64,000 nt of DNA, taken from positions 1 to 64,000 of the IMG/VR virus record IMGVR_UViG_3300045988_072028, one strand, 5' to 3'. Shown piece by piece: positions 45,994 through 55,107 of this stretch. This DNA comes from a virus. The notes under the pieces were generated by a model. It ran no database searches. It saw nothing but the letters and a program-made list of their open reading frames with translations, and was not told the DNA's origin. The number at the start of each line of letters is the position of its first letter. Positions within the stretch are counted from its first letter, which is position 1. The position numbers and the translations under genes were made by a program.

Positions 45994-46518
45994 TCAGCTC
46001 TTATATTTCTTCACAAAATCATCCACATCCATATACTCACACCCGAAGTTCTCTGCCGTCTTCTTATCGGAGTCGGAGAACTGTCCTTCTTTCCCGGAAG
46101 CATCCCCGATCATCAAGATAGTATCGTATACGATCTTTTCTTCCTCATCTTCATCGTTATTCATGTATTCTATGAAATCCATATACTCTTTTATCATCCC
46201 TATATTTGGCTTCCTATTGACGTTGCGTTTATTATTGCTTTCGCAGTAATAAGCACTTACGGATACATCTGTATAATCTTCCAAGGCATTTGATATATAA
46301 TCGAATTTATATTCAAACATCTCTCTGTCCACGAATCCTTTTTCTATACCTCCCTGATTTGATATGATTAATATATCATCAGGAGCGTAATTTTTGATAG
46401 CCTCAAATACGTAGAGTTTGATTTTCATATCCCATATACCTTTAGGGAATGTATCTCCTGACAATGTTTCAATCAGTGTCCCATCTAAATCTGTTATTAA
46501 CAATTTATATTTTTTCAT
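45994..46518 (-). CDS. HAD-superfamily phosphatase (PNK 3'-phosphatase / subfamily IIIA-like)
   Basis: Motif I ITDLDGTLI, motif II ISNQGG, motif III/IV GDASGKEGQFSDSD. Confidence 0.75.
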   Translation of the reverse strand: MKKYKLLITDLDGTLIETLSGDTFPKGIWDMKIKLYVFEAIKNYAPDDILIISNQGGIEKGFVDREMFEYKFDYISNALEDYTDVSVSAYYCESNNKRNVNRKPNIGMIKEYMDFIEYMNNDEDEEEKIVYDTILMIGDASGKEGQFSDSDKKTAENFGCEYMDVDDFVKKYKS

Positions 46519-46553
46519 GATTCAAAATTTAAATGATATATAATTACCTTACT

Positions 46554-46769
46554 TTATTCATATACTACTCGTCCCATTGCTCCTAATAGCTCTTTATCAT
46601 CCTGCTCCTTTACCTCTACATAATAATATCCCTTGAAACAAAATTTCTTTTGATCGGGATCTGACAAGAACTTTTTATATTCCTCGAATCCTTCATCTGA
46701 AAGATGATAAGCCTTTCTTTTTTGTTGAAGTAATTCATTTGATTCTAATATCTGTTTCTTAGTAGCCAT
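46554..46769 (-). CDS. hypothetical protein (71 aa)
   Basis: ORF in the co-directional packed block. Confidence 0.55.
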   Translation of the reverse strand: MATKKQILESNELLQQKRKAYHLSDEGFEEYKKFLSDPDQKKFCFKGYYYVEVKEQDDKELLGAMGRVVYE

Positions 46770-46942
46770 AATAACATCATTTTTTATTTTACGGTTCTTA
46801 GACGATGAGGTATTCTGCCTAATGATATTTCATCCCCATATTATTGATTTGTTTAATTTACGAGCCTCTGATAAGGCTCGTGTTAGTATATCCTTTTTCC
46901 TTATAATCTCCTTATATCTTTTGATATTCATTTTTATTGTCT

Positions 46943-47296
46943 TCATAATAAGTTCTTTTGTCTTAATAGCACCAGCATCTTATTCCAATCCACATATCCT
47001 TTATCCGTAAGTGGAGTGCCGATATTCCTATCATCTATATAATAATCACAATACACTTTTGGTGATGATGATACTGGCTCAGGATTGTAGTTTACCGAAT
47101 ACAGATTGATATGATTGTATCTAAACCAGTCTACGGCATCCTGTAGATATTTACCATCTCTTACCGTATATAATATCAGAAGATTCTTATCAGCCAATTC
47201 TCTCAATACTTTAGCGGCTCCGATATTGTCTCCTACATAAGGGAATGAGTCTACTACGCACGTCCCATCAAAATCTATCCCTATTATTTTCTTCAT
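46943..47296 (-). CDS. small HAD-like hydrolase (117 aa)
   Basis: IDFDGTCV (DxDxT), LILYTVRDG and YIDDRN motifs. Confidence 0.65.
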   Translation of the reverse strand: MKKIIGIDFDGTCVVDSFPYVGDNIGAAKVLRELADKNLLILYTVRDGKYLQDAVDWFRYNHINLYSVNYNPEPVSSSPKVYCDYYIDDRNIGTPLTDKGYVDWNKMLVLLRQKNLL

Positions 47297-47297
47297 A

Positions 47298-47705
47298 TTA
47301 TATATCTTGTAATAAATACTCTTCTATTTTCTTAGCCATATCAATAAGCATCTCACATCTAAGGTTATTAAACTCCTTACAAAACCTCATGTCTTCCTCA
47401 TGCTTTTCCTCAGGCGATCTGTTATCAATTACGCTGTAGCATGGTGACGAATACACGGGGATAGGTCTCATGGCCTCTATAGCCAATTTAATAGCCTTTT
47501 CACTGATCTCGCTCATATAATCCTCTTTTTGCACCCATATAATACCACTGTCAAGGCAATCTGGGTTTTCTAACTGGCAATTTCCATTGTCATAAAAACA
47601 ACATCCTGTACAAGATTTTTTCTCTATCTCTGAGACAGCCATGAATCTCTTCTCTTCATATATCATGGTATCTCCTTTTTTTATCTTATTCCTCTTTGTA
47701 TTCAT
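47298..47705 (-). CDS. hypothetical Cys-motif protein (135 aa)
   Basis: CTGCCFYDNGNCQLENPDC motif, paralogous to the one in 48832..49317. Confidence 0.65.
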   Translation of the reverse strand: MNTKRNKIKKGDTMIYEEKRFMAVSEIEKKSCTGCCFYDNGNCQLENPDCLDSGIIWVQKEDYMSEISEKAIKLAIEAMRPIPVYSSPCYSVIDNRSPEEKHEEDMRFCKEFNNLRCEMLIDMAKKIEEYLLQDI

Positions 47706-47980
47706 CTTATCAAACCTTTATATTCTACTTTCTTTAACTGCTCTTCGGTAGCTTTCTTCTTCGGGAACTTCCCGTGCCATTTCCCCGGCACCACGACATC
47801 ACGGCCGTCCGGGGAGGTAGTAAGCCTCCCGCATTCACTGCACAGCCCCATACCCTTGTACGGCTGTAGTTCCTTGGTATAGTCAAATTCATCCACCATA
47901 TACTCGTTTGTCAACATCCAGTAACTAGACGTGGCGGTATTATCGATACAGCCGCATTTAGCGCATATAAATAAGCTCAT
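47702..47980 (-). CDS. zinc-ribbon protein (92 aa)
   Basis: CAKCGC ... CSECG pairs. ATGA overlap with the downstream gene. Confidence 0.65.
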   Translation of the reverse strand: MSLFICAKCGCIDNTATSSYWMLTNEYMVDEFDYTKELQPYKGMGLCSECGRLTTSPDGRDVVVPGKWHGKFPKKKATEEQLKKVEYKGLIR

Positions 47981-47986
47981 AGTAAA

Positions 47987-48190
47987 TTATTTAATATCAT
48001 TATCCTTCTTATCATCGTCAATCCTCTCCACCTTAATCGTCCCCATATCACCTGAAGGTAACGTGATATCACTATACACATTATTCCAGCTCTCGTCAAT
48101 GGCCAACTGATGTAATATCGACCTATATATCTGGTAGGTGTTACCGATAAGTCTCTTCCTATTTATCTTATCCTTACTACCCCCCATCAT
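47987..48190 (-). CDS. hypothetical protein (67 aa)
   Basis: Packed co-directional ORF. Confidence 0.5.
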   Translation of the reverse strand: MMGGSKDKINRKRLIGNTYQIYRSILHQLAIDESWNNVYSDITLPSGDMGTIKVERIDDDKKDNDIK

Positions 48191-48434
48191 ATCCTATATG
48201 CTCATAATCCCCAAGATCAGGGAACAGTCTTCTTCTTATCGCTCGTGAGTTATTGATTATAAAGCTTCTTATCCCCAGCGTTTCCACTCTATCCATATCA
48301 TTTATCAACGTATCTATCGTATGTTGTAGGTCCATGTCGCCAGCGGCGAATCTACTGATGTCTTCCACGCATTGGGATATCAGCATTAGCTGTTCCCTTG
48401 TCAACGTTATTTTATAAAGTTGTTTATTATCCAT
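48177..48434 (-). CDS. hypothetical protein (85 aa)
   Basis: Packed co-directional ORF. Confidence 0.55.
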   Translation of the reverse strand: MDNKQLYKITLTREQLMLISQCVEDISRFAAGDMDLQHTIDTLINDMDRVETLGIRSFIINNSRAIRRRLFPDLGDYEHIGYDGG

Positions 48435-48831
48435 GATTATCTGATATTAATTTTTCTTTTATATGTTTAGATATATCAATTATCTCATCTTTTATATTAC
48501 AGTCATCTTTTAATAATGAACCAAATATACATGATATGGCGCTCTTTAGGCCTAGCGCTATCCCTATCTCCAATATTTTTTTATCGGTATTAGAGATTTC
48601 TACAGGTTCATATAATATTGATGATATGTTGTTAACGACGTATATTATATCATCTTCATTCATTGATGTAGATTTATCGACAATAGCTATAAAATCTTTT
48701 ATAATCATAATATAAGCTATTTTTATTTCTTTTATCGTATCATCGCTTAGATGTCTATCTCTTATATGCCTTTCAACATACTTGTTTGCTAGATTCTCTA
48801 TTTTGTTTGATTTGTCCATTTGTACTATCAA
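48427..48831 (-). CDS. hypothetical protein (134 aa)
   Basis: Packed co-directional ORF, abutting the stop of the upstream gene. Confidence 0.6.
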   Translation of the reverse strand: MIVQMDKSNKIENLANKYVERHIRDRHLSDDTIKEIKIAYIMIIKDFIAIVDKSTSMNEDDIIYVVNNISSILYEPVEISNTDKKILEIGIALGLKSAISCIFGSLLKDDCNIKDEIIDISKHIKEKLISDNHG

Positions 48832-49317
48832 TTATTTAGTTAATAATAGATCATAGTCCTCTTCGTCTACACTCCCATTATTGTTGATGTATATAATGAA
48901 ATCATTTAAAAGCACGGACTTATCCTTGGATAAGGCTTTTATAATAAGCTCTCCATCATCTTTCAACATCACATGCAGAGTATCCCATATAACATATTTT
49001 TGACATTCTTTCTCAATCTTCTTGATTGTTTTAAGTATTGTCTCCTCATATCTTTTTACTATTCCGCACAGTTCAGTCGTATTATATTTACGTATAGCCG
49101 TGAATATATATTCCTTTTTACAATCCCAGCATTTTATCAGTCTTTCTGATCCGCACGCCTTATCCTCGTAGAAGAAGCAACCCTTACATGGTTCATTATG
49201 GTCGTAGCTTAATACTACAAGCAGCTCCACACCATTCTTGTATATCACGTCTCCTTGTTTCATCTTGTCTATTTTATTAATCTCATTATCAATATAGTAA
49301 AGTTGGATATTATCCAT
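48832..49317 (-). CDS. hypothetical Cys-motif protein (161 aa)
   Basis: CKGCFFYEDKACGSERLIKCWDC motif. Confidence 0.65.
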   Translation of the reverse strand: MDNIQLYYIDNEINKIDKMKQGDVIYKNGVELLVVLSYDHNEPCKGCFFYEDKACGSERLIKCWDCKKEYIFTAIRKYNTTELCGIVKRYEETILKTIKKIEKECQKYVIWDTLHVMLKDDGELIIKALSKDKSVLLNDFIIYINNNGSVDEEDYDLLLTK

Positions 49318-49420
49318 ACTATAGATATCCAGAACGTTGTACTTAACATAAGACCTATATTCCTAGGTATAGGATCTACTCTCCTGAATGTCAGGATCAT
49401 GAATATAAATGTCTTGAAGT

Positions 49421-49933
49421 TCATAATTTACGATATTTTTCTATATAGTTAACTATCAAGTCTTTAACTCCTTTTGGGACATCTACCAGTTTGAGATTAC
49501 CTTGGAATATGTCCTTGCCGTACTCATCCATAATCTCCCCGAATGAGGGATTCATGACTCTTGTTGACATAGATATCGGTTGATCAGTGTCAAATTTGAT
49601 AACGATCTTCTTTCCGCCGTTTATCGCCTTTTTAAAAGCCACGTAAAGCTTTCGACCTTTTATTATATCACAATTCCCTTTCAGGATATTAGACATATGT
49701 ATGACATATTCTTTCTTCGCATCTCCTGGGTTGTTCATAAGCTTAAGATCTCCTCCGGTATCTCTCCATTTCCTGAAGCATGGGAAACATAGACCGTGAT
49801 TTGCCTTAGCGTGTCTAGGTATCATCCTACTGCTGCCGGCTGGGATCGTATCGCCACAGCAGATACACGTCCTATCCTTGTTGGTGCGCATCGGCACATA
49901 GCTCTTTATTGGGTATTCTTTTCTTTTATACAT
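49421..49933 (-). CDS. zinc-finger protein (170 aa; alternative start at 49891)
   Basis: CICCGD...CFPCFRKW motif. Confidence 0.6.
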   Translation of the reverse strand: MYKRKEYPIKSYVPMRTNKDRTCICCGDTIPAGSSRMIPRHAKANHGLCFPCFRKWRDTGGDLKLMNNPGDAKKEYVIHMSNILKGNCDIIKGRKLYVAFKKAINGGKKIVIKFDTDQPISMSTRVMNPSFGEIMDEYGKDIFQGNLKLVDVPKGVKDLIVNYIEKYRKL

Positions 49934-50361
49934 CTTCTTCTGTTTTCAAAATTATCATCACCATACTCATAATTAGGACAAGCTTTGTTGCTTGGTCGTC
50001 TAACATAAGTCTTTTGCTTCCTGTTATATTTACTGTTAGGATTTATATAATGGTCACACACTTGCCAAATAGAGCAACATACCTTCCCGTATCTTTTCGC
50101 CCACTCCTGATCATGTAGATGTACGCAAGTAGCGCAAGTTGGATTCTTGAGCTTATCCTTGTTATCATCTATGATCTTATTAACCCGATCAAGAATAACG
50201 GACATATGCTCAGTATACATAACATTGAATACGTCCGGTTCTGGAAGATATGTCATCGAGCTTATATCTATGTCCATTTCCTTGGATTTGTTGTAAGCTG
50301 ATTTGTATTTCCTTACCATCAAATCTTTTAACTGATTTACCTTCTTCTCATATGTTCCCAT
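49906..50361 (-). CDS. hypothetical Cys-rich protein (151 aa)
   Basis: CATCVH..CCSIWQVCDH motif. Confidence 0.6.
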   Translation of the reverse strand: MGTYEKKVNQLKDLMVRKYKSAYNKSKEMDIDISSMTYLPEPDVFNVMYTEHMSVILDRVNKIIDDNKDKLKNPTCATCVHLHDQEWAKRYGKVCCSIWQVCDHYINPNSKYNRKQKTYVRRPSNKACPNYEYGDDNFENRRRCIKEKNTQ

Positions 50362-50364
50362 GTC

Positions 50365-50628
50365 TCATTCGGTTTTCCATCCCTGTTTCTTCAATAGATC
50401 CACCATCATCCCCTTTATCTTAGGACTGATAGCCTCGGTAAGTATATCAGCGGCCAAGTTAATAGAGAAGTTTGTCATTCTGGATTCTCCTATATACTTC
50501 TCGCTGGTAACTTCTTTTACATAATCGTGGATATCCTTAATCATCTCATTTTGAGATTTCAGGAGATCCAGTATCTCATCAATCTTATCATCCATTTTTC
50601 TCGAATATACCTGACAATAACCAGACAA
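50365..50628 (-). CDS. hypothetical protein (87 aa)
   Basis: Packed ORF. Confidence 0.55.
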   Translation of the reverse strand: MSGYCQVYSRKMDDKIDEILDLLKSQNEMIKDIHDYVKEVTSEKYIGESRMTNFSINLAADILTEAISPKIKGMMVDLLKKQGWKTE

Positions 50629-50697
50629 TCACTATCAAAAAGAAAAATAGCCCAAGCGCCTCATCCGGATAATCATGCATCGCCTCTAAGATACTTC

Positions 50698-51279
50698 TCA
50701 TAACTTAACATCCATTTTACCGATTATACGATAGAAAATATCCCTAGTCAGCTCGATATCGTAAGTAGCGTCATGGAGCTTATTCTCGTCGATCTCAATA
50801 CCCATAGTTCTGGCTACGGTCATCAACTTAAAGTTCTCCATATCGTTTCTTACACCCATCAGGAACGGTGTCACCATAACATATACATCCATACAGTTAG
50901 GATAGAACCATGATCCGAAATACTTATCCCCACATTGCTGGAATAAAGCCCGTAGGAAGCTGTTATCGAATCCAGCGTTGTTATACCCCACTAAATACAT
51001 TTTATCCCTCTTGTCGAACTTATTCACGTATTTGGATAATATACCAACTAACTGCCTGTACCCGTCTTCCATAGGCTGATACGACTGCACCTGCTCCAAG
51101 GTAACTCCAGCCACGTCCAGCGCCTCTTGCTCTATCGTGGCGGCAGGGTTCGGGGCTAGGCGAATGTCAAACCTCTCGGCCTCCTGCCCGTCGATATCCA
51201 CGATCCCTCCTATTTGGTGTATCCCGTTTCTCCAGAACTTAACCCCAGTTGTCTCTAAATCGAAAAATAGTAATTTCAT
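50698..51279 (-). CDS. DEDDh 3'-5' exonuclease (DnaQ/epsilon-like)
   Basis: ExoI FFDLETTG, ExoII GYNNAGFDNSFL, ExoIII HDATYDIELT. Confidence 0.85.
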   Translation of the reverse strand: MKLLFFDLETTGVKFWRNGIHQIGGIVDIDGQEAERFDIRLAPNPAATIEQEALDVAGVTLEQVQSYQPMEDGYRQLVGILSKYVNKFDKRDKMYLVGYNNAGFDNSFLRALFQQCGDKYFGSWFYPNCMDVYVMVTPFLMGVRNDMENFKLMTVARTMGIEIDENKLHDATYDIELTRDIFYRIIGKMDVKL

Positions 51280-51281
51280 AT

Positions 51282-51659
51282 CTATTGATTTTTAAAATGT
51301 TCCTTAATCTTCTCCAATGCCTTATAAGATAGATAGCTGTCTATGGCTTTATTGCTATTCACTTTCATCAACTCATCAAATAGATCTTTAGCCAGTACTT
51401 TCCACTGCTCTCCCCAATCACGGAGATTCTCGACCTTTGACCGTATATCCTCGAAATAAGAATTTACGTCTGATTTGATTGATTTTGAATAGTATTTAAC
51501 ATCCTCCTCATCCCCATCCATAATATAATCACATTGTGTCTCGATATCTTTTATATGACTATCTATATCACTACACATATAATCAACAGGTCTACGTATA
51601 TTGAATATAGCTTCTGACGTAAGGCCGGTTATATTTTGTATGTCTTTTAAATTATCCAT
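51282..51659 (-). CDS. hypothetical protein (125 aa)
   Basis: Packed ORF 2 nt upstream of the exonuclease gene. Confidence 0.6.
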   Translation of the reverse strand: MDNLKDIQNITGLTSEAIFNIRRPVDYMCSDIDSHIKDIETQCDYIMDGDEEDVKYYSKSIKSDVNSYFEDIRSKVENLRDWGEQWKVLAKDLFDELMKVNSNKAIDSYLSYKALEKIKEHFKNQ

Positions 51660-51666
51660 AATTTAA

Positions 51667-52062
51667 TCAATTAAATGCCAACCATCCACCTGCAAATCCC
51701 ATTGCGAAAATAGATAAGATTATAGACGTGAATAATATCCAATCTTTTGTACTTAACTCATTATTATCTCTCTTTATTTTCTCAAGATAATCATATATCG
51801 CTGTATAGACAGCATGGTGAATATTCTCGTCTCTAGCCCTTACGATATTATCATATTCGTCATATCCTAGATTATGGGTAGCGCTTTCGATCCTCATATT
51901 CCCCGTAACCTTTTTGTTTACATCAAAATCGAAGCTAAATACTATATCGGTGGTTAGAGCGCTGGCGATTTTGCTTTTTATCTCATCATTACTAAGATTA
52001 GCACAATTCACTAATTCATCGTAATCTTTTTCGTCAAGAACTATCTGTTTTTTAATGTTCAT
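51667..52062 (-). CDS. hypothetical protein with C-terminal TM segment (131 aa)
   Basis: ATG at 52062 forms an ATGA overlap with the upstream stop (52059-52061). C-terminal WILFTSIILSIFAMGFAGGWLAF. Confidence 0.6.
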   Translation of the reverse strand: MNIKKQIVLDEKDYDELVNCANLSNDEIKSKIASALTTDIVFSFDFDVNKKVTGNMRIESATHNLGYDEYDNIVRARDENIHHAVYTAIYDYLEKIKRDNNELSTKDWILFTSIILSIFAMGFAGGWLAFN

Positions 52063-52352
52063 ATCCCTAATATTTCTGTTACATAAACAAAACCATAACA
52101 TACATAATTACCATCGTCGTGCTCACCATAATCCTCATGCCAGATAACAGCGCATGGGAAATAGAGTGGCATATCCTCAGCCATAGGCTCCTCTCTAAAG
52201 TCATCAATGTTTATCTTCTCCCTCCACCTCCACAGGTCTTGGATATCGTTCAAGATCAATTTGTTCATAACAATCTGGTTTTTAATACTGATACAAAGAT
52301 AGGATTTAAACAAAAATAAAAGCATGAATAATATTAAAATAATATTAATCAT
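52059..52352 (-). CDS. hypothetical protein with N-terminal TM segment (97 aa)
   Basis: MINIILILFMLLFLF N-terminus. First gene downstream of the TnpB element. Confidence 0.55.
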   Translation of the reverse strand: MINIILILFMLLFLFKSYLCISIKNQIVMNKLILNDIQDLWRWREKINIDDFREEPMAEDMPLYFPCAVIWHEDYGEHDDGNYVCYGFVYVTEILGI

Positions 52353-52444
52353 GCTTAAATATAAATATATCCCTTCTAGTTCTCACGGATATACGTATTC
52401 GTACTCATCTGGGGGAGATGTCTTGTATTCAACATCGCACTCCA

Positions 52445-53720
52445 TAGTTGTAAATTTCATAGAAAATCATAGAAATAATTAAGATATCCTACTCCATTTT
52501 AGACGCTTCAACACATCCGGTAACCCGGCTGCTCTGCGTCCGTATAGCCGCATCAACTCCTACGGCTTGTATGTTAATCGCGGCGTTGAGATCCCTGTCG
52601 ATCTCCAAGCCACAATCTTTACAAACAAATGTTCGATCCGATAATTTCAGATCTTTATTCTTCCAACCACATCTTGAACAGGTTTTCGAGGATGGGTAAA
52701 AACGATCTATAACAATCAGTTCTTTACCATACCACCTACACTTGTATTCAAGTTGGTTACGGAACATCGAGAAAGAAGCATCATATACAGAACCGGCAAG
52801 TTTGTGATTCTGTAGCATACCGGAAGCATTTAGATTCTCAATACAGATAACATCGTAATTATTTACCAGCATCGTGGTCAAATTATGCATGTACCATGAA
52901 CGCTTGTTGGCTATATCACGATGAAGTCTTGATACTTTTAGCCTGCATTTGTTTCTTCGATTACTTCCTAATTTCTTTCTTGATAAATGCCGTTGCATCC
53001 TTTTTAACTTCGCTTGGTTCTCACAAAGAAAATGGGGATTCTCAACAGCAATCCCATCAGATAATGTAGCTAATGTCTTAATCCCTAAATCAACTCCGAC
53101 TGTTTTGCTAGTTTTCTGTTTGTAACACTGTTCTGTTTCTACAAGAACTGATACGAAATATTGACCAGCACGGTTCTTTGAAACGGTACAGGAGATAAAA
53201 CGAGCGTTGTCTGGAACTCCACGATCGATAACAATCTTAACCCATCCGATCTTTTCGATCCGGATCTTATTGTTAGTGATTTTAAACTTCGGGAACGGCA
53301 ATCTAAACGACTGGTTGTCGTGTTTATTTTTGTAATTCGGTTTACCGAGTTTTTCTTTCCTGTTCTTGTTGAAGTATTGTCTGGAGAACTCGATAAAATC
53401 ACGTTGCTTCTGCTGCAAGGTGGCTGCCGATACTTCATTTAACCAAGGTTTTTCAATAACAAGATCCGACTTTGTCGGGAATTTCGGATTATGGTTTGTT
53501 TCTTTATCGTATGAGTTAAATGAGTCAACACAAGCATTCCATACAACACGTACGCATCCGAATGTTTTTGCAAGAAGTTCTTCTTGTGTTTTGTTCGGAT
53601 ACATACGATATTTATATGAACGCTTTATTAGACTCATCATCAATTCATTTTAATATATTAAATATATAAATAATTCTATGATTTTACAATGGATTACTAT
53701 CGATTTTGTAATTATTTAAT
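52445..53720 (-). mobile_element. IS200/IS605-family (IS1341-like) tnpB-only element; boundaries approximate
   Basis: tnpB is flanked by inverted matching segments: 52448-52464 ttgtaaatttcatagaa versus the reverse complement of 53674-53690, attgtaaaatcatagaa. There is an imperfect subterminal palindrome at 53668-53717. No tnpA is present. Confidence 0.6.
52489..53640 (-). CDS. tnpB: TnpB RNA-guided endonuclease (OrfB family), apparently catalytically intact
   Basis: N-terminal YKYRMYPNKTQEELLAKTFGCVRVVWN. RuvC-I VGVDLGIK, RuvC-II ICIENLN, Zn finger CSRCGW..CKDCG, RuvC-III DRDLNAAINI. ATG at 53640 or 53637 is preferred over TTG 53643. Confidence 0.9.
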   Translation of the reverse strand: MMSLIKRSYKYRMYPNKTQEELLAKTFGCVRVVWNACVDSFNSYDKETNHNPKFPTKSDLVIEKPWLNEVSAATLQQKQRDFIEFSRQYFNKNRKEKLGKPNYKNKHDNQSFRLPFPKFKITNNKIRIEKIGWVKIVIDRGVPDNARFISCTVSKNRAGQYFVSVLVETEQCYKQKTSKTVGVDLGIKTLATLSDGIAVENPHFLCENQAKLKRMQRHLSRKKLGSNRRNKCRLKVSRLHRDIANKRSWYMHNLTTMLVNNYDVICIENLNASGMLQNHKLAGSVYDASFSMFRNQLEYKCRWYGKELIVIDRFYPSSKTCSRCGWKNKDLKLSDRTFVCKDCGLEIDRDLNAAINIQAVGVDAAIRTQSSRVTGCVEASKME

Positions 53721-54175
53721 CATACTTGTCTCCTCTTCTGTATACTAACGCTACCCAACAGTCGTATTTTTTGCTGTATCCTATAAGAGGGACATTGGCC
53801 ATAGGCGGATTATCCTCCGTTTTGTACCTTATTCTTGCTGTTTTTTTTATACTCATATAATCCATTTTTTAATAATGTTGGGTTATTATATACTATTTTA
53901 CACCATATATGTTGTAAAACATACGTATGTTATTTAATTTCACATTCTTCTTTTCTAATTTTGTCTCACTCAATCGAATCATATAGTCCCTTGTTTCGGA
54001 CAAGACGGTTGAGCAAAAGAGGTCTTTGATATAAGGTTTTACCCTAAAAAAAATATTCGTTGGGTAAGTAAAATCAAAAACGTTTTGTTTAGTAAAAGAA
54101 TCCGGCGATCTCACTTTTGAGCAACCGGTAGAGGGTATTGGTGATACCCAGTATGATGTTTCGTACAAATGCATA

Positions 54176-54574
54176 TCATTTCTCATTTTTTTTGGTGTAA
54201 AATGGTATATAATCACCTAATGTTGTTATCAGTGAAAATAATGTATCTATAAGAAGTCTCTCGCTACTCCAATATATAGGGATCTCGTCTATATCTCTAT
54301 ACGCTACAGACCATGCATGTTCTAGCTTATAACATTCGAATGTAGAACCCTCTATCTCATATGGGAGTAAATTCAGTAACGTCCCTACATCCCAAACAGG
54401 ATTGGATACATCAGGGGTAACGGCCTCTATCAACCCTATACGACCAGCGTTATCCTCCATAGAATGTAATTGATCCAGATACTTGTCTCTGAAGCCGCTG
54501 GCGGTAGAGATAGGGAGGCCGGCCTCGACCAGCACTCTTCCCTGTTCTTTTGTGGTAAAAATCCGTTCCTTCAT
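54176..54574 (-). CDS. hypothetical protein (132 aa), last gene of the methyltransferase operon
   Basis: ATGA overlap with the upstream MTase gene. Confidence 0.65.
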   Translation of the reverse strand: MKERIFTTKEQGRVLVEAGLPISTASGFRDKYLDQLHSMEDNAGRIGLIEAVTPDVSNPVWDVGTLLNLLPYEIEGSTFECYKLEHAWSVAYRDIDEIPIYWSSERLLIDTLFSLITTLGDYIPFYTKKNEK

Positions 54575-55083
54575 AATTTCATTTTCCTTTCTACTGTAAC
54601 GATCGTATCATTATGCCATCCCCCATGAGCCACGAGAAGAATCTCCTGCTGCTCGAAGCCAAGCCCGGCCCCTATACCGCCGGAGTTCCACGCGCAGGTA
54701 ATGACCACCCCGCCCTTCTTGGTAATCCTAGCTATCTCCTTCTTCTGTTTAGCCCAATAACTGGATTGTGTTGTTTGCATATTAACAGATTCTCCAAGCC
54801 TTTTATATGACTCGGACACCTGTCTAGCAGAATATGGTGGATCATATAATACCATATCAGCTATATTATCATCAAGATGACACAAGAAGTCCGTGGCGTC
54901 TTTATGATACATAGCCTTAGTCTCAGGATCAAGATCGTTGGTTATCGTCCCTATATCGCTGTTTCTGGCGAATGGATCCACTATAACCATTCCGTCTTTT
55001 TTATATCTATCTATAAGTTCTCTTATCGGTTTTATGCTGAATGTCTCGCTGTTCGGCATCGACCATGTCTTGTTTATAATCAT
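54571..55083 (-). CDS. small DNA N6-adenine/N4-cytosine methyltransferase (DPPY)
   Basis: SAM-binding-like VIVDPFARNSDIG and catalytic motif LYDPPYS. Confidence 0.75.
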   Translation of the reverse strand: MIINKTWSMPNSETFSIKPIRELIDRYKKDGMVIVDPFARNSDIGTITNDLDPETKAMYHKDATDFLCHLDDNIADMVLYDPPYSARQVSESYKRLGESVNMQTTQSSYWAKQKKEIARITKKGGVVITCAWNSGGIGAGLGFEQQEILLVAHGGWHNDTIVTVERKMKL

Positions 55084-55107
55084 ATCGTTGTAATAGTGTT
55101 TTAAATT

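Noticed and set aside
47702-47705. Genome-wide TGA recoding (code 4/25-like), as reported for some crAss-like phages.
   Set aside because: TGA terminates many well-delimited genes here, typically in ATGA stop/start overlaps: 47702, 52059, 54571, 56043, 60205, 61071, 61310, 62767. All giant ORFs are intact under the standard code. Only two local read-through candidates were kept as findings.
53893-54216. 107-aa minus-strand ORF between tnpB and the methyltransferase operon.
   Set aside because: It overlaps the end of 54176..54574 by 41 nt in another frame. Its composition is poor and low-complexity, and it has no motif. It more likely lies in degraded or non-coding sequence associated with the TnpB insertion.
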